DNA of 64,000 nucleotides from an uncultured delta proteobacterium (GTDB taxonomy: Bacteria; Desulfobacterota; Desulfomonilia; Desulfomonilales; Desulfomonilaceae), in the NCBI GenBank assembly GCA_963789265.1, contig CAWBKB010000001.1:256001-320000 (forward strand), in the 5' to 3' direction. The notes under the pieces were generated by a model. That model had not been told where the DNA came from, ran no database searches, and saw only the letters and a list, made by a program, of their open reading frames with translations. Shown here piece after piece: positions 62,895 to 64,000 of this stretch. The translations under genes and the position numbers were made by a program. Within the stretch, counting starts at the first letter, position 1. Every line of letters begins with the position of its first letter.

Positions 62895-63797
62895 ATGAAA
62901 ACGACCGAATTGGCTTGTCTGCTGCTCGTTTGTTGCCTGGTGGTTCCTGCGCTCGCCTCCGCCCGAGACGTTACGCCCTTCATCTCGACCGATTGGCTGC
63001 AGAAGAACCTCGAAAACCCCAAAGTGGTGATCGTCGATACGCGGAAGTTCGAGGATTACAAGCAAGGGCACATCCCCGGCGCGGTCAACTCGTTCTTCGG
63101 CGCATGGGCACCCGAGAAGAACAAGCTCCTCTTGGAATTGCCGTCGGACAAGGAGCTGCTCGGGCTGATCGGATCGGCCGGTATAAAGCCCGATTCGACA
63201 GTCGTCGCGGTCAGCATGGCCGACAACAACTACAGCAGGGCCGACGCCACCCGCGTGGCCTTCACGATGGTCATAGCGGGGCTGAAGAACGTCTCCGTCC
63301 TGGAGGGGGGCTACGCGAAGTGGCTCAAGGAGAAGAAACCCGTCTCCACCGAAGAAGTGACGCCGAGGGCCGGAAAGTATGAGGGCAAGGTGAGAAGGAC
63401 GGCAGTTGCCTCGAAGGCGTACGTGATGGAAAAGATGGGGAAGTCACGCCTCGTGGATTGCCGGGACGCGAATGTCTACTTCGGCCTCACCGTCGAGCCC
63501 TTTGCCCCGAAGCCCGGACACATAAAGAGCGCGGTAAACCTGCCCACCCCCTGGATCTACACGAAGGAGGGGACGCTGCTTCCTGAAAAGGACCTCGCGG
63601 CGATGGCCGCAAACGTCGTCGGGGAGGACAAATCGAAGGAGGTCATAACTTACTGCGGTGTCGGCGGCTACGGCGCGACGTGGTGGTACCTCCTCACTCA
63701 GATGTTCGGCTACAAGAACGTGAAGCTCTATGATGGCGCCATGCAGGAGTGGGTGACCGACCCGAACGCGCCGATTACCACATTCCGTTGGCTTTGA
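62895..63797 (+). CDS. Exported tandem-domain rhodanese/sulfurtransferase
   Basis: Signal peptide, GHIPGA, LEGG, GHIKSA, YCGVG active-site Cys, KLYDG.M.EW. Confidence 0.92.
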   Translation: MKTTELACLLLVCCLVVPALASARDVTPFISTDWLQKNLENPKVVIVDTRKFEDYKQGHIPGAVNSFFGAWAPEKNKLLLELPSDKELLGLIGSAGIKPDSTVVAVSMADNNYSRADATRVAFTMVIAGLKNVSVLEGGYAKWLKEKKPVSTEEVTPRAGKYEGKVRRTAVASKAYVMEKMGKSRLVDCRDANVYFGLTVEPFAPKPGHIKSAVNLPTPWIYTKEGTLLPEKDLAAMAANVVGEDKSKEVITYCGVGGYGATWWYLLTQMFGYKNVKLYDGAMQEWVTDPNAPITTFRWL

Positions 63798-63877
63798 AAG
63801 ACCCGCCTTAGCAGTCACTGGGCCCCGCCTGGTGCAGGGCCCCGTAGCATTTCCGGGATATGCCCGAAGATCTTAAA

Positions 63878-64000
63878 CGGTTCACCCCCACGTGCGTGGG
63901 GACAATGCTATTTTGCCGCTGGCGGGGATTCCGTGTTTCAATCCACGCCCCTGCGTGAGGGGCGACTTATGACATAGGTATAGGCCCTCCACGGTTTGAG
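63878..64000 (-). CRISPR. Mixed CRISPR repeat unit: 29-nt type I-E repeat, 28-nt spacer, 32-nt type I-C repeat, then 34 nt to the window edge
   Basis: Minus-strand repeats ATTGTCCCCACGCACGTGGGGGTGAACCG (63878-63906) and GTCGCCCCTCACGCAGGGGCGTGGATTGAAAC (63935-63966) have the canonical lengths and ends; no cas genes in the window. Confidence 0.65.

Overview
Chromosomal DNA of an anaerobic deltaproteobacterium (Desulfobacterota; Desulfomonile-like by gene content, which is inference). About 14 single-base frameshifts split otherwise intact genes, probably long-read indel errors. The main signal is a ~12 kb gene neighbourhood (1582-13577) holding three probable selenoproteins that the ORF track truncates: a NemR-like TetR repressor (GG-U-LFGN), the radical SAM protein ArsS (GFT-U-GG) and a thioredoxin-like DF-family protein (GLT-U-RRY). 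Each in-frame TGA sits at a family-conserved Cys position. Each is followed by a SECIS-like hairpin whose loop G lies 21-22 nt downstream. The cluster also encodes DUF547, an ECF sigma/zf-HC2 anti-sigma pair with two matching candidate promoters, a DedA/VTT-disulfide reductase fusion, a CMD-like peroxidase, a GT2 and two membrane glycosyltransferases. The rest is CoA/fatty-acid metabolism, a TetR-regulated lactonase/CoA ligase/dehydratase/ABC operon, panB/panE, resB/ccsA, sucCD, pccB and 2-hydroxyacyl-CoA dehydratase genes. Mobile DNA includes an IS1182 element nested in a MITE, TIR-MITEs (one with a 12-bp target duplication and a matching empty site) and many REP-like palindromes. The right end carries a mixed type I-E/type I-C CRISPR-repeat arrangement, with a degenerate copy of the same pair on the other side of a rhodanese gene.
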